From positions 280,150 through 344,149 of the forward strand of contig RHPI01002112.1 in NCBI GenBank assembly GCA_009103225.1: DNA of 64,000 nt, given 5' to 3'. Below are positions 1 through 10,904 of this stretch, one piece after another. The notes beneath the pieces are model-generated. The model did no database searches. It was not told the origin of the DNA and saw only the letters and a program-made list of their open reading frames with translations. The translations under genes and the position numbers were made by a program. How positions within the stretch are numbered: position 1 is the stretch's first letter; each line of letters starts with the position of its first letter. The stretch comes from Chlorokybus atmophyticus (Eukaryota; Plantae; Mesostigma and Chlorokybus algae).

Positions 1-62
<62 letters not shown>

Positions 63-63
63 N

Positions 64-148
<85 letters not shown>
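1..148. repeat. (TC)n microsatellite, running off the window start
   Basis: Pure TC dinucleotide run with one N. Confidence 0.98.
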
Positions 149-151
<3 letters not shown>

Positions 152-582
152 TTCTGAAACATTGCTGCATGTAGAACTGCTCGGGAGTGCCACCCACACC
201 CCCCAGCGACCCGCGTGGTGCACACCCGTCCTTCGGCAACGCACACACGCCAGCTCAAGATGTGAGTGCTATACATCCTGCACATTACCTCAACCACAAT
301 TGCTGATGCTGCCATGCGTGCAACTTCTTGTGATGGCATCTGCTCTTGCACCTGTTGAATTGTTAATGTGTTGAGCGTGTACACTGGTGTGCAGTCGGCA
401 CCATCCCACGACACCCAAGCTTCACATGGTGCGGAAGGCTTGAACAAAGACGACTCGACACAGCACCCCGACATGCAACCCAACGCCCATGATGTTGGCA
501 ATGAACAGGCAGACACAGGGGTGAGTTAGTAGCATGACACCATTGCTTGCTGTAAAGTGCTGCAGCTGGACATGATTGATGA

Positions 583-1714
583 ATGCATGGGGCGCAGCAG
601 ACTCAAGGCGATCCTGCTGGCAAGAAGCGAAAAGCAACAGCAAAGCGCACCAAAGACGCTGCTGTGAAAGGGAACAAAAGTGGAGGTGAATGCGACAGTG
701 ACGATGGTGTTGAATGGACCACTGAGTTGGTGGTGCACTTGTTTGAGGCATATGGGGAGGCCTGCGCCTTTCTCAAAATCAAGCACAAGGGCACTGCCAC
801 TAACAAGGCTATCTTCAACTTGACCGCGCAGCGCATGGGCATGCCAACAGCAGCCAATAAGGTTGGCAACAAGTTCAAGAACTTGAAGGCCACTTACATG
901 GTAGGCTTCATGTTGCTGGCGCCATCCGTGTGCTTATGTCCTTCTCTAATGCTGTTGGTGTCGTTGTTCTCTTTTGATTTCAACAAATATGTACAGGCAT
1001 ACGAAAAGGTGAGAAAGCAGAGCGGCCAGAACGACCCGCCAGTCGACAAACATGGGCAAGTGGTGAAACAACCACGGTTCTACAACCAATGCCATGGACA
1101 ATGGAAGACAACCAAGTCAACGGACTTGCCGGCCTTCTCCGACTCAATGGAGTTTCAACGCATGGCCATGCTGTACAAAGGCAGCGACGATGACAAGGAA
1201 GATGACACCGTGGGTGCTGAGGAAGACTGGGACACCTACAGCTATCCTGATTCGGAGCAGGACAAGTACGTGAACTACAATGGTGATGGTACTTTTGGTG
1301 ATGTGAAAGACCCTGCAGAACGTGGCAAGGCCAAGCGGCAACACAAGCAGCTGCGCCCACAAAAGGTAACAATTAGTTGTTTACTGATTACTGCCTAGTG
1401 CACAATCTAACAACCCGCCACTTGGGCAGGGTGAGCCGTTGGGTTGGCTCAAAGATTGGTTGTTGGCACAAGCAGAGGAGGAGCGAAAGAGACGTGAGGA
1501 GGAGCGAGACAGAAGTGAGCGCACAATGGAGTTGGAGGCCAGGCGAGCGGCAGATTTTCAGCAAGCGCGCCTTGATAATGAGCGCAGGAGACTTGACCTG
1601 GAAGAGAGGTTGGCAGTACAGGCCGAGCAGCGTGCTGCTCGTGAGCTTGAGCTGCGCAGAGAGGCGCAGCAACGTGATGCATTGTTTATGGCTTACTTGA
1701 GCAGTCAAAAGTAA
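583..1714 (+). CDS. Myb/SANT-like DNA-binding partner protein of a PIF/Harbinger transposon (3 exons: 583-900, 997-1365, 1430-1714)
   Basis: Trihelix-like WTTELVVHLFEAY...KVGNKFKNLKATY followed by an acidic region and a C-terminal coiled coil (EEERKRREEER...). GT-AG introns 901-996 and 1366-1429 are both phase 0 and keep the frame. It is convergent with a Harbinger nuclease. The 5' end is uncertain. Confidence 0.75.
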
Positions 1715-1942
1715 GACTAGTCATGCTCAGATTGCTTGAGACGTCTCTTGTTCTATAGACGACACACTAGATTTTACACAACAGGCACATGGGTTGATGA
1801 CATGTCGCAGTGTATGTTAATCAGCACAACTCGCACACCCAAGCGTTGAAGCAAACAAATGCATGCCAATTATCATTAATGTCATCGCAGCAAATTGTGC
1901 GATAGTCTGTCAATCAATCCACTCGAAAGCCGCACGTTCTGG

Positions 1943-3319
1943 CTATCCTCTTTCGCATAGCAAACCACCTTGATCTCGACCGCGTGGTCTCCCGCGTTGG
2001 GTGGTAGCTGCAGCCGCTATGTCGTTCAATAAGGCCCGATGCCTTTCGTAACGCAGGCGATCCTCCGCACTCATGCGCGCCTCATCATCCCCCTCCTCCT
2101 TGTGAGCCATGCGAAAGTTGTGCAGAATTATGCACGCCTCGCATACCAGGTTGATGACTGCGGGGTCGCGCACGCCAATGCCTGTCATCGTGACAAGCCA
2201 TACATTCTGGACGGCCCCAATGGTGCGCTCGATGTGCATGCGCACACTGCTGAACCAATGGTTGAAGTACGCCTCAGCTGAGCCTTCAGGCTCGGTCTCG
2301 AAAGGCACGATTACAAAGGGTCGTAGGGTGTAGCCTGCATCTGACATTAGCCAAGCGGCAGCCGGCCAGTCTCCCGCTTCGCACATCCTCCCCAATGCGC
2401 TGCACGACCACACTGTCTTGTCGTTGTTGCAGCCGGGCATGCCGCTGAAGTAGTTGGTGATGTACTCTCTGTCGTCACACACAATCATTGCATTGGTGGC
2501 GTAGTACCCTTTATAACACTTGTACTCGTCCGCTTGTTGCGAGGTCGGCGTGACAGGTCGCTGGTGTAAAAAGAGTGTGCCATCGACAATGCCGCATAGG
2601 CCAGCGAACCCGCGAAGATGTGGATTCCACGGTGCGCTCATCATATTGAAGCCTTGTTGAACCTGCTCCATTAAGCGGCCATATATGCCAGCTTCGGGAT
2701 GATGCGGACCGCCTGGCCAACGCACATATAGAGGCCCAACAACACGCTTCACAGCTAAGCAAAAGCGCTTTAACCCCCTGTCTGAAGTCGCCTTGCCAAT
2801 GCCAAAGAGGTGGGAGATGCTCAAGTCACTCTGGTTGTGGGCCAGCTTGTACAGCATGGCCGCCACGCGCCTCTTCAATCCAATGGCTTTGCGTCGGTTG
2901 GTGTCTTGCCGCTCGAGTCGAGGCTGCAACATGTCGCAAAGCAAATCAAAACCCGCACGAGAAATGCGAAAAGCCTCCGCCCATCCAGGTCCAGTCAAAT
3001 ACTGAGCATGACGATCCCACCACATTTCATCACGGAAATACTTCCACACTCGTCCGGTGAGGAGCATCCCAGACTCTGCGAGCAGCTGGCCAAGCATGGC
3101 TAAAAGCTGAGTAGATGGGTATGTTGCCACAGGTCTTTGCGAAAGCGGTGATGGTGCATGAGCCATCTCCAGCAACATGTCCTCTTCATCATGTATCTGA
3201 GCCAGCTGCAACCTGATATCTTCCATTTCCATGTCCATAAAGCCAAGCGAGACCACTTGTTGCTGCACATTCAGCAACCACATGACGATAATGATGCTCA
3301 TTGCGGTGGCGTCATCCAT
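1943..3319 (-). CDS. PIF/Harbinger DDE transposase (HARBI1-like nuclease)
   Basis: Uninterrupted ORF with HTH (LYKLAHNQSDLSISHLFGIGKAT) and motifs GIVDGT, PGCNNDKTVW, SDAGY, RMHIERTIG and ACIILHNF. The catalytic D-D-E is intact. Likely start is the Met at 3319, and upstream exons are possible. Confidence 0.92.
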   Translation of the reverse strand: MDDATAMSIIIVMWLLNVQQQVVSLGFMDMEMEDIRLQLAQIHDEEDMLLEMAHAPSPLSQRPVATYPSTQLLAMLGQLLAESGMLLTGRVWKYFRDEMWWDRHAQYLTGPGWAEAFRISRAGFDLLCDMLQPRLERQDTNRRKAIGLKRRVAAMLYKLAHNQSDLSISHLFGIGKATSDRGLKRFCLAVKRVVGPLYVRWPGGPHHPEAGIYGRLMEQVQQGFNMMSAPWNPHLRGFAGLCGIVDGTLFLHQRPVTPTSQQADEYKCYKGYYATNAMIVCDDREYITNYFSGMPGCNNDKTVWSCSALGRMCEAGDWPAAAWLMSDAGYTLRPFVIVPFETEPEGSAEAYFNHWFSSVRMHIERTIGAVQNVWLVTMTGIGVRDPAVINLVCEACIILHNFRMAHKEEGDDEARMSAEDRLRYERHRALLNDIAAAATTQRGRPRGRDQGGLLCERG

Positions 3320-4236
3320 TGTCTGTGCAATTGGGTCTGCACAGGCATGCACAGCTTGTTGGAATTGCAAACAGCATGTCAACCTCATCACACATACACA
3401 CACGGTTGTGTTAAAATGTGCTTGCATGATGTTTGGCATGCTGCAGGTGATGTCATGCATGTCTACAACTACTGGCAGCATATCCTGTCATCACACAAGC
3501 ATCACTGCTACTTCAACTGCCAGTCATAGAGCAAAGAATACAACTTGTAAAAGGATTTCAAGTACTATGCCTAGCAACACTCAGAGTCAATGCTAACTTA
3601 AGCATCAAGTATAACCCACTTACATGCTAGCCAGCCTGTCCTCACAATCTAATTTGCACGCCTGATGCTGCATCACAATCCATGCTTCACCGCTCTGGTA
3701 CTGGCCGACGCAGACCTGCCACAAGCTGAAGGTCAGATCTTCATTTGTGTGCCGCTCACATGTATGCCGACACACACTCCCATACAGACACCCACCAACG
3801 CAGACGCACTGACTGACTGGCACCCCCCCATCCCNACACACACTGATGCACTGACGAACGCGCTGTCTGACGCGAACACGACTTACTCCAACTACCCCAC
3901 CTCACGCACAGACACACGAGCCACACACGCACACACCAAAGCACCGACTGCCTGACTGACGAGCTGCAGTGCCAGCGCCCCGCCCACCCCCCAACCCCAC
4001 CCCACACATACCCACGCACACAAAAGCTTGCACACCGTACTTAATGATACGCATTCATACGACTCACCCGTATGCCTATTGTGCTGCTGTGCTGCCAGCC
4101 GCCGCCAACCACAACACGCCTGCCGCCGCCGCCCAAGACGCCAACGCCAGCGCCAGCGCCACCGCCACCACCAGAGCGGGCGTCACAATGGCGGCAAATC
4201 ACACCGTCGTCACTCCCGCGGCTCCCGCTGCTAGCA

Positions 4237-4245
4237 AAACCCTAA
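4237..4245 (+). promoter_or_regulatory. Telo-box (AAACCCTAA) in the upstream region of the Harbinger nuclease gene
   Basis: Exact AAACCCTAA at the edge of a GC-rich 5' segment. Telo-boxes are known plant promoter/5'UTR elements. Function here is inferred. Confidence 0.4.
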
Positions 4246-4478
4246 TCCGCTAGTAGTCAGTGTAGACTCGCAATAGGATGTGATAAATGAGCTGTTTTTC
4301 GAACGATTCATGTTCTATCCTATCCGACTGCTATTTGTCCGGTGGGGAGAGCCTTGTCAGACGTTGGACATAGTATCATACAAGGCACTGATATGTGCTA
4401 GCACAGAGCTGATTATTGTCGACAATCGTCATACGAACTAAGGTTATGTTACAATGTGGTGACACTGGTTGCTATGTA

Positions 4479-5197
4479 TGTCGTCTCCAGATAGGGGATG
4501 GCTTGAGAAATGCACACAGCAGTCACACTATGCACTCGTGGTATGTTTTAGCTAAGTGAAATGAGTTTACACGCTGCAAGCTCCAGGCACACATGTACGA
4601 GCAGGCACAGGTGCGACAACAATGGCTGACCGCTGTGCGCGAGCAATGTGGCAGCAATGAGGATGCGGTATGCAGGCAGCAGACGCGGTGACCACAACCA
4701 CAATAACAAACACTTACACCTTTGAAGAGCTTTAGCAAAGTCAAGGCTGAGGAGTGGTCTGCCAAGGCAGGGTGCCCACTAGTAACACACAACCCACAAC
4801 TGGTGCTAAGCAACACAACCTAGTCGCACTACTTCTACGTGGTCAGCTGATCAGTTTCCGGCAGTGTCACCGCCGCTTCGGCTCCAGTCCATTCACTTGC
4901 GACTTCCCGCCGACGCGTCCTGCGGGGAGTCCCTTTTGTGGTTGTCGGCACTGCCTTAGACCCTGGGTCCTGATTGGCGGAGGTCGCTGGCAGTCGACGC
5001 GGCCCGCCGCTATAGATGGCGGCGGCGGATTGGATGAGGCCAGGGTTGGCACGCGGCGCGCTTTGAAGGGTAGTCCGGAGTACTTGGTGATAGCGGCTGC
5101 CTCGAGCGGATCGGTGGATCCGGATGTCGATGAGGCAAACTGCTGCTTGAGGGGCTGTGCGAGGGGGAAGGGCGTGCCGAGGGCTGCTAGTGCGACA
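4479..5197 (-). repeat. 3' LTR (719 bp)
   Basis: 4491-5197 aligns to 16281-16993 with 11 substitutions and two net 3-nt indels by eye. It begins TGTCG and ends CGACA on the + strand. Confidence 0.92.
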
Positions 5198-5659
5198 GCT
5201 GTCGTGCAAGGCAGGCTCGACGGCCGAGTGCGTCTCGCAGTGCGGCAACACCAGAAAACGAGCAAAAGGGCACACTGGAAGTGTTCCGCAGTAATACACA
5301 AGGGTGGGGGGAAGGAGTGGCAAGCAAGCAAGGTAGAGGTGAAGACTACGGGTAGCAGCGCAGTATGGGATAGCCGGCAGGCAGTTGTTACTCACTCAAC
5401 AAGCTCACCCCCNNNNNNNNNNNNNNNNNNNNNNNNNNNNNNNNNNNNNNNNNNNNNNNNNNNNNNNNNNNNNNNNNNNNNNNNNNNNNNNNNNNNNNNN
5501 NNNNNNNNNNNNNNNNNNNNNNNNNNNNNNNNNNNNNNNNNNNNNNNNNNNNNNNNNNNNNNNNNNNNNNNNNNNNNNNNNNNNNNNNNNNNNNNNNNNN
5601 NNNNNNNNNNNNNNNNNNNNNNNNNNNNNNNNNNNCCCCCCCCCCCCCCCCCCCCCCCC

Positions 5660-7069
5660 TGGCCGGTTCATCGGCGTCCTCGCGATGAGCCTGGCACCTG
5701 TGACAACGCCATGGGCTGGCGCTGGAGGAAGTGGATGGTGCGTCCGAGGACAAAGGCGAGACACCAAGGTTACAGGCGGCGTGCCAGTACTCCCAGCAGG
5801 TGTCGCATTCTTTCGGAGGTGCGTCCGGGGAGGAGCACCCCGTGCAATGGGCAATGCGGAAGCGTGGGCGCGGTTTGCCCAGCCCCTCCACGTACGGCAG
5901 ATGACAGGGGAAGCAGTTCTCCACGTGGTCTGTCAAGGTGCGGCCAGTGGGGCTTCGCAAAGTGAGAGTGCCGAGTGCGCGTACCTGCGTCACGCGCCAA
6001 ACGGTGCCGTAATTGGCAGGATCCAAGGTGTTAGTGGTCTGCTGCTTGCGGTAGATGAAGTCGCCGACACGAAAGCGGCGCTCCTGTGGCTTGTAGGCTC
6101 CGCTGCGCACGTGTTCGTAGCGACGCGTGTCCCGTTGCTGCGCAATCTTCAAGTTGGCAAAAGCGATGGGGATACTGTCGTGCAAAATGGCTGCGCGAGT
6201 CTGCAGTACTTGCAGCATGCGTGTAGGGTTGTCGGCAATGTCCTCCACAGCTTGGGTGTCGTGACGGACGCGGAACGGCAGCAATGGCTCCCTCCCGAAC
6301 ATGAGGAAGTATGGGCTGAAGGAGCGCAGAGCAGCTTGGCGCGTGCAGCGGTAACCTAAGGACAGCCAGGGCAGGTAGTCGTCCCACTCAGCCTGGTTGT
6401 GAGTAAGGCAGTAGCGTCGCAGTGCGTTCTTCACAGTCTGTACCATTCGTTCAGCCAGGCCGTCAGCCTGGGGATGGTCACGGCTGGTGTGGCGGTGGTC
6501 GATGAGGGCGCGATGAAGCAGCTCATCCAGCTCGCCCTGGAACTCCGTGCCGTTGTCAGTGAGGAGTTCGGCGCAGGCGCCAACCCGGCTGAGGATGTGG
6601 TCCAGGAACACTCGTGCCACTTGAGCAGAGGACTTGTCAGGCAAGGGTACCAATTCAACCCACTTGCTGAAGTGCTCGATGGCGACCAGTATGTAGGTGT
6701 TGCCACGACGTGTGCGAGGCAGCTCGCCTGCAAGGTCCATGCTCCAGGGGTAGCCGAGGCCCATAATGGGGAGTGGGTGCAGCTGTGGGTGACGATGGGA
6801 GAAGCTAGCACGAATGCGATCGCAAGACTTACATTGCCGGAGTACATCAGCAACGTTGCGCGCCAGGCTGTCCCACCAGTAGTCGTTACGCACCATGTTG
6901 GTGGTTCGCTTCATGCTGAAGTGTCTAAGCTGGTGGTGAAGGTTGGCGATGATGGCAGCGCGACGGTTAGGGGCGGGACCTCCTTGCGCTGATTGGCAGC
7001 GAGCAGTCTCCACAGGATGCCGTTTTCCCAGCTGTAGTTCTTGGCGCAATGTTGAGCACGATCGATCTC
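5660..7069 (-). pseudogene. Integrase (HHCC zinc domain, DDE core, GPY/F-like region) with C-terminal PHD finger
   Basis: LHHQLRHF...CKSC, WSMDLAG, LLTDNGTEF, GLAERMVQTVK. Separated from RNase H by TAG at 7070-7072 and a 1-nt frameshift near 6973. The frame runs into a G-run and N gap with no visible stop. Confidence 0.92.
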
Positions 7070-8860
7070 CTAATGGGTGAGGCCTGAAGGTAACGCGCCT
7101 CCGCGTACCAGCTGAAGAGTGGGGGCGTTCTTCCAGATGTCCCCTTCGGCAACAGGGGGCAAAGTTGCACGCAGTACTGGGTTGCGTGCTTCTGCGCGGA
7201 TACCAGCGGCAACAACAAGCATAGCGTGATGCCGGGGGTGGTCGCTGTCATAGCGAGCTCCTGTGGCATCGACCGTGTCTGGGTTGGGGTTGCGACTCAG
7301 TCCGTCAGCGTCGGTGTTTGAGGCGCCAGGCTTGTGGGTGATAATGAAGTTGTATTCCTGCAACAGTAAAGCCCAGCGGGCATGTTTGCCGGTGAGTTTG
7401 CTGCTAGTGAGAAGCCATTGTAGAGGCTGGTGGTCTGTGACCAGCTCGAATTGGTGGCCAAAGAGGAATGGGCGGAAGTACTGGATTGCCCAGACCGCCG
7501 CGAGTTGTTCGCCTTCATAGCTGCTGTAGTTGGATTCTGCCGCGTTGTTGCTACGACTGGCATTGGCAATGACCTGTTCCTTCCCCTTAATGCCTTTCTG
7601 GCACAGCACCGCACCGAGCCCAAGCCTGCTCCAGTCGGTGTGGAGGATGAAGGGTTGGTTGTAGTCGGGACGAGCCAGGATGGGGGCAGACTGTAGGTGA
7701 CTCTTGAGGGACTCAAAAGCCTGCTGTTCTGCTTCCCCCCGGTTCCATGTTGTAGCTTTCTTCAGCAGGTCGTTGAGAGGCTTGGCAATTCTGGAGAAGT
7801 TGAGCACGAACCGCCGGTAGTGGTTGGCCAGTCCTAGGAGGGCCCGTAGCCGGGAGAGGTCGGTGGGAGGAGGAACCTTCAGCAAAGCATCCACCTTGGC
7901 CTGCTGCACCATGACCCCGTTGGGGACGATGAGGTGTCCGAGGTAGGGGATCTTGTCAGCGAAGAAGGTACACTTCTCTGGATGGGCCGTAAGCCCATAC
8001 TCCTTGAGTCTCTGTAGTACTTCCTTGATGTGCTGGAGGTGTGCCTCCGCGGTGTGGCTGAAGATGAGGATGTCATCTATGTAACACCTGGAGTTGTCCA
8101 GGCCGCGAAGCAACCTGTCCATTACGCGTTGGAAGACTGCAGGGGCGTTCTTTAGTCCGAATGACATGACCTTCCACTGGTACAGGGTCCGGTTGCCCCA
8201 CAAGGAGGTCTTACACTTGTCTTCTGGCTGGATGCCGATCTGGTGGAATCCTGAACGCATGTCCAGCACAGAGAAGTATGTGCACGTACCCACACTGTCG
8301 AAGATTTCGTCTGGAGTGTACATGCGGTAACGGTCGAGTACGGTGTGGGTGTTGAGGTCCCGATAGTCCCCACACATGCGGCGTTGAGTCCACTGTCCTT
8401 GCTCGTCCTTCTTCAGGGGCATGACGGTGGCGGCCGCATATTGTGTGCTGGGTGAGGCCTCCTCGATGAGTCCTGCGTCCAGCAGCTTGTTGCAGTTGGC
8501 TTCTATTAGTCCGGTCTCTACCTTGGACAAGGGATGCTGCTTCTTGAAGATAGGATTGGGGGTGTCCAGTTCTATGGAGAACTGGTGGAAGTTGCACTTG
8601 CCTAAGTCCTTGAGGGAGTAAGCGAACTGCTGCCTGTGGTTATCCAACAAGGTCTTCAAGTGCGTCTGTGTGTCTCCTGAAGCCATACATCCAATATGCC
8701 AGCCATTGGGTTCAAGCTCGTCAGTGTGCGGGATGTCCAAGGCCTCCTCCAGTTCCTGGAGGCTGGTGCCGTGCACGGCCATGGCGGCGATTGATGGGTC
8801 CCTGATGTTGGCAGTACCCCCCCCCCCCCAGCGGATGGCCCAGGCTCTAAGTGTGGCCAG
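7070..8860 (-). CDS. Reverse transcriptase and RNase H of the Gypsy element
   Basis: RRMCGDYRDLN, DMRSGFHQI, MSFGLKNAPAVFQR, YIDD (8072-8083), YLGH; RNase H LHTDWSRLGLGAVL, SYEGEQLAAVWA, VTDHQPL, NTDADGLSR. Confidence 0.96.
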   Translation of the reverse strand: MATLRAWAIRWGGGGTANIRDPSIAAMAVHGTSLQELEEALDIPHTDELEPNGWHIGCMASGDTQTHLKTLLDNHRQQFAYSLKDLGKCNFHQFSIELDTPNPIFKKQHPLSKVETGLIEANCNKLLDAGLIEEASPSTQYAAATVMPLKKDEQGQWTQRRMCGDYRDLNTHTVLDRYRMYTPDEIFDSVGTCTYFSVLDMRSGFHQIGIQPEDKCKTSLWGNRTLYQWKVMSFGLKNAPAVFQRVMDRLLRGLDNSRCYIDDILIFSHTAEAHLQHIKEVLQRLKEYGLTAHPEKCTFFADKIPYLGHLIVPNGVMVQQAKVDALLKVPPPTDLSRLRALLGLANHYRRFVLNFSRIAKPLNDLLKKATTWNRGEAEQQAFESLKSHLQSAPILARPDYNQPFILHTDWSRLGLGAVLCQKGIKGKEQVIANASRSNNAAESNYSSYEGEQLAAVWAIQYFRPFLFGHQFELVTDHQPLQWLLTSSKLTGKHARWALLLQEYNFIITHKPGASNTDADGLSRNPNPDTVDATGARYDSDHPRHHAMLVVAAGIRAEARNPVLRATLPPVAEGDIWKNAPTLQLVRGGALPSGLTH

Positions 8861-8869
8861 TAGCTGTTG

Positions 8870-9850
8870 CAGCGCTAGGCAGTGCTCCAGCAACCAGACC
8901 ATACTGTTCTGGTCCATGGCGCGTCCAAGCAGCGCGCGACAGTGGCGTTTAGAGAGCCGTGGCGCCGAGGTGACCGCGCCAGGCCAAAAGCCCATGGCGA
9001 GTTCGCGTTCAGTGGCGAGGGGCTCGCGTAAGCACTGGAGGTTGGTGTCCCAGACCATCCCCGTATTGCCGTTGCGGAAGGAATGAGATGCAGGGTATGC
9101 CACCAGCGTGGGCAGCGCGGCCATGGGGTGACCTACGCGGTTGCACTGATAGAATGCCTTGTAGGTGGCGTGGGTGACAGGCTGCGGAAGTGCTCCGTCA
9201 ACTAGGATGTCCTTAACCATTAGGTTGGGTGGGCGAATGGACAATGACTAGGCAGCGGCCAGGTCGGATGTGCGGGCCAAGTTGGTTCATTTGCTGCGCA
9301 GGCGGTGTGCACGGGAACCATGTGCTGCTGCATCAATGACTATGGGGTCGCCGAGGACGGCGCAAACCTGCGCATAGTCGTCCCGGACGTTGCGCCTGGC
9401 GTCGTCGCGAGCGGAGACGTTTTCGATGATGTAGGCGGGAGGCCGGTCTGGCTGTTGCTATTGGAGGGTGCGGATGATACGCACTAGCTCCCAGAAGAGC
9501 TGAGATCGGGGGTCTTGTAGACCAAGACCTTTACCGGCTCGGGAAGGACCCTGGCATTCCCAGCCTGCAATGACGAGGTCTATGCAGCCGAGGGATTGCA
9601 TGTGCTGGCTGTTGATAAGGCGAACGTCCTGTGGTAGAGCGTGGAGGCTACCGGCGGATGCCTGAGGATCCAGCAACGGATACCGACTGCGCATCTGTGC
9701 CAGGTGGTGAGACACAGTGTCTGAGCCTGCAGGTCGGGGTCGCAGTATAAGTACTTGCGTACTGGTACACCAACGTTGAGGGTGGCGGCGAGGCCACTGC
9801 CGATGCCGCCAAACAGCTCCAGGACCGTGATGCCATCCTTGTAGCGCTGG
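8870..9850 (-). pseudogene. DNMT3-like C5 cytosine DNA methyltransferase domain inside the pol polyprotein (disrupted)
   Basis: Motif I VLELFGGIGSG, motif IV DLVIAGWECQ (catalytic Cys), LFWELVRII, motif VI IIENV, motif VIII RAHRLRSK*TN, motifs IX/X ERELAMGF...RALLGRAM. One frameshift near 9716 and stops at 9458-9460, near 9287 and near 9249. Confidence 0.9.
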
Positions 9851-10904
9851 GTGGCAAAGTGGACAGTGGAGAGGTTCAACTGTCGCAAGCGGCTACTGGG
9901 ATCGGGCGGAGAGATCATCGGGGTGGTGGCCACGCGCTCAGCGACCTTCCGGGCCAGGCGTTGCCGATAAACAGGAGGTTGTTTGGCAACTTCCGAGGGT
10001 TGCCTGGGTGAAGAAGTTGTTTCGCAACGCTTTTCAGGGCGTGCACTGCCTGGATGATGAGCAGGGGCAGTTCCTGCTAAAGCTGTCGATGACGGCCCCA
10101 TCGGGGCGTAATGCAAATGTGCCATCTCGGCACCAGACTGAGAGCGAATGTGTCCCCTCCCCCCCCCATCCCAAACCCCGACAGATTGAGCCACAGAAAC
10201 CCACAAGCGCGAATGACNNNNNNNNNNNNNNNNNNNNNNNNNNNNNNNNNNNNNNNNNNNNNNNNNNNNNNNNNNNNNNNNNNNNNNNNNNNNNNNNNNN
10301 NNNNNNNNNNNNNNNNNNNNNNNNNNNNNNNNNNNNNNNNNNNNNNNNNNNNNNNNNNNNNNNNNNNNNNNNNNNNNNNNNNNNNNNNNNNNNNNNNNNN
10401 NNNNNNNNNNNNNNNNNNNNNNNNNNNNNNNNNNNNNNNNNNNNNNNNNNNNNNNNNNNNNNNNNNNNNNNNNNNNNNNNNNNNNNNNNNNNNNNNNNNN
10501 NNNNNNNNNNNNNNNNNNNNNNNNNNNNNNNNNNNNNNNNNNNNNNNNNNNNNNNNNNNNNNNNNNNNNNNNNNNNNNNNNNNNNNNNNNNNNNNNNNNN
10601 NNNNNNNNNNNNNNNNNNNNNNNNNNNNNNNNNNNNNNNNNNNNNNNNNNNNNNNNNNNNNNNNNNNNNNNNNNNNNNNNNNNNNNNNNNNNNNNNNNNN
10701 NNNNNNNNNNNNNNNNNNNNNNNNNNNNNNNNNNNNNNNNNNNNNNNNNNNNNNNNNNNNNNNNNNNNNNNNNNNNNNNNNNNNNNNNNNNNNNNNNNNN
10801 NNNNNNNNNNNNNNNNCCCGCCCTTTTCTTAGCCTACACTTACAGATGACAGAAGCGTGATACCGAAGGCAGCTTGACCCTGTCAGGAAGTATGGGTGTG
10901 TAGC

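Noticed and set aside
148-4478. Harbinger terminal inverted repeats
   Set aside because: No matching inverted termini were found, so element borders are not annotated.
4754-5965. Plus-strand ORFs across the LTRs (also 16547-17020) as an antisense gene
   Set aside because: No recognisable motifs, partly N gap. Their recurrence is explained by the LTR duplication.
7070-9460. C-to-T nonsense mutations as proof of self-methylation
   Set aside because: Transition-derived stops must arise from CAG/CAA/CGA/TGG, so their context is uninformative without a full mutation spectrum.
10008-10860. Long plus-strand ORFs of 249-274 aa
   Set aside because: They consist mostly of X from the 599-N gap.
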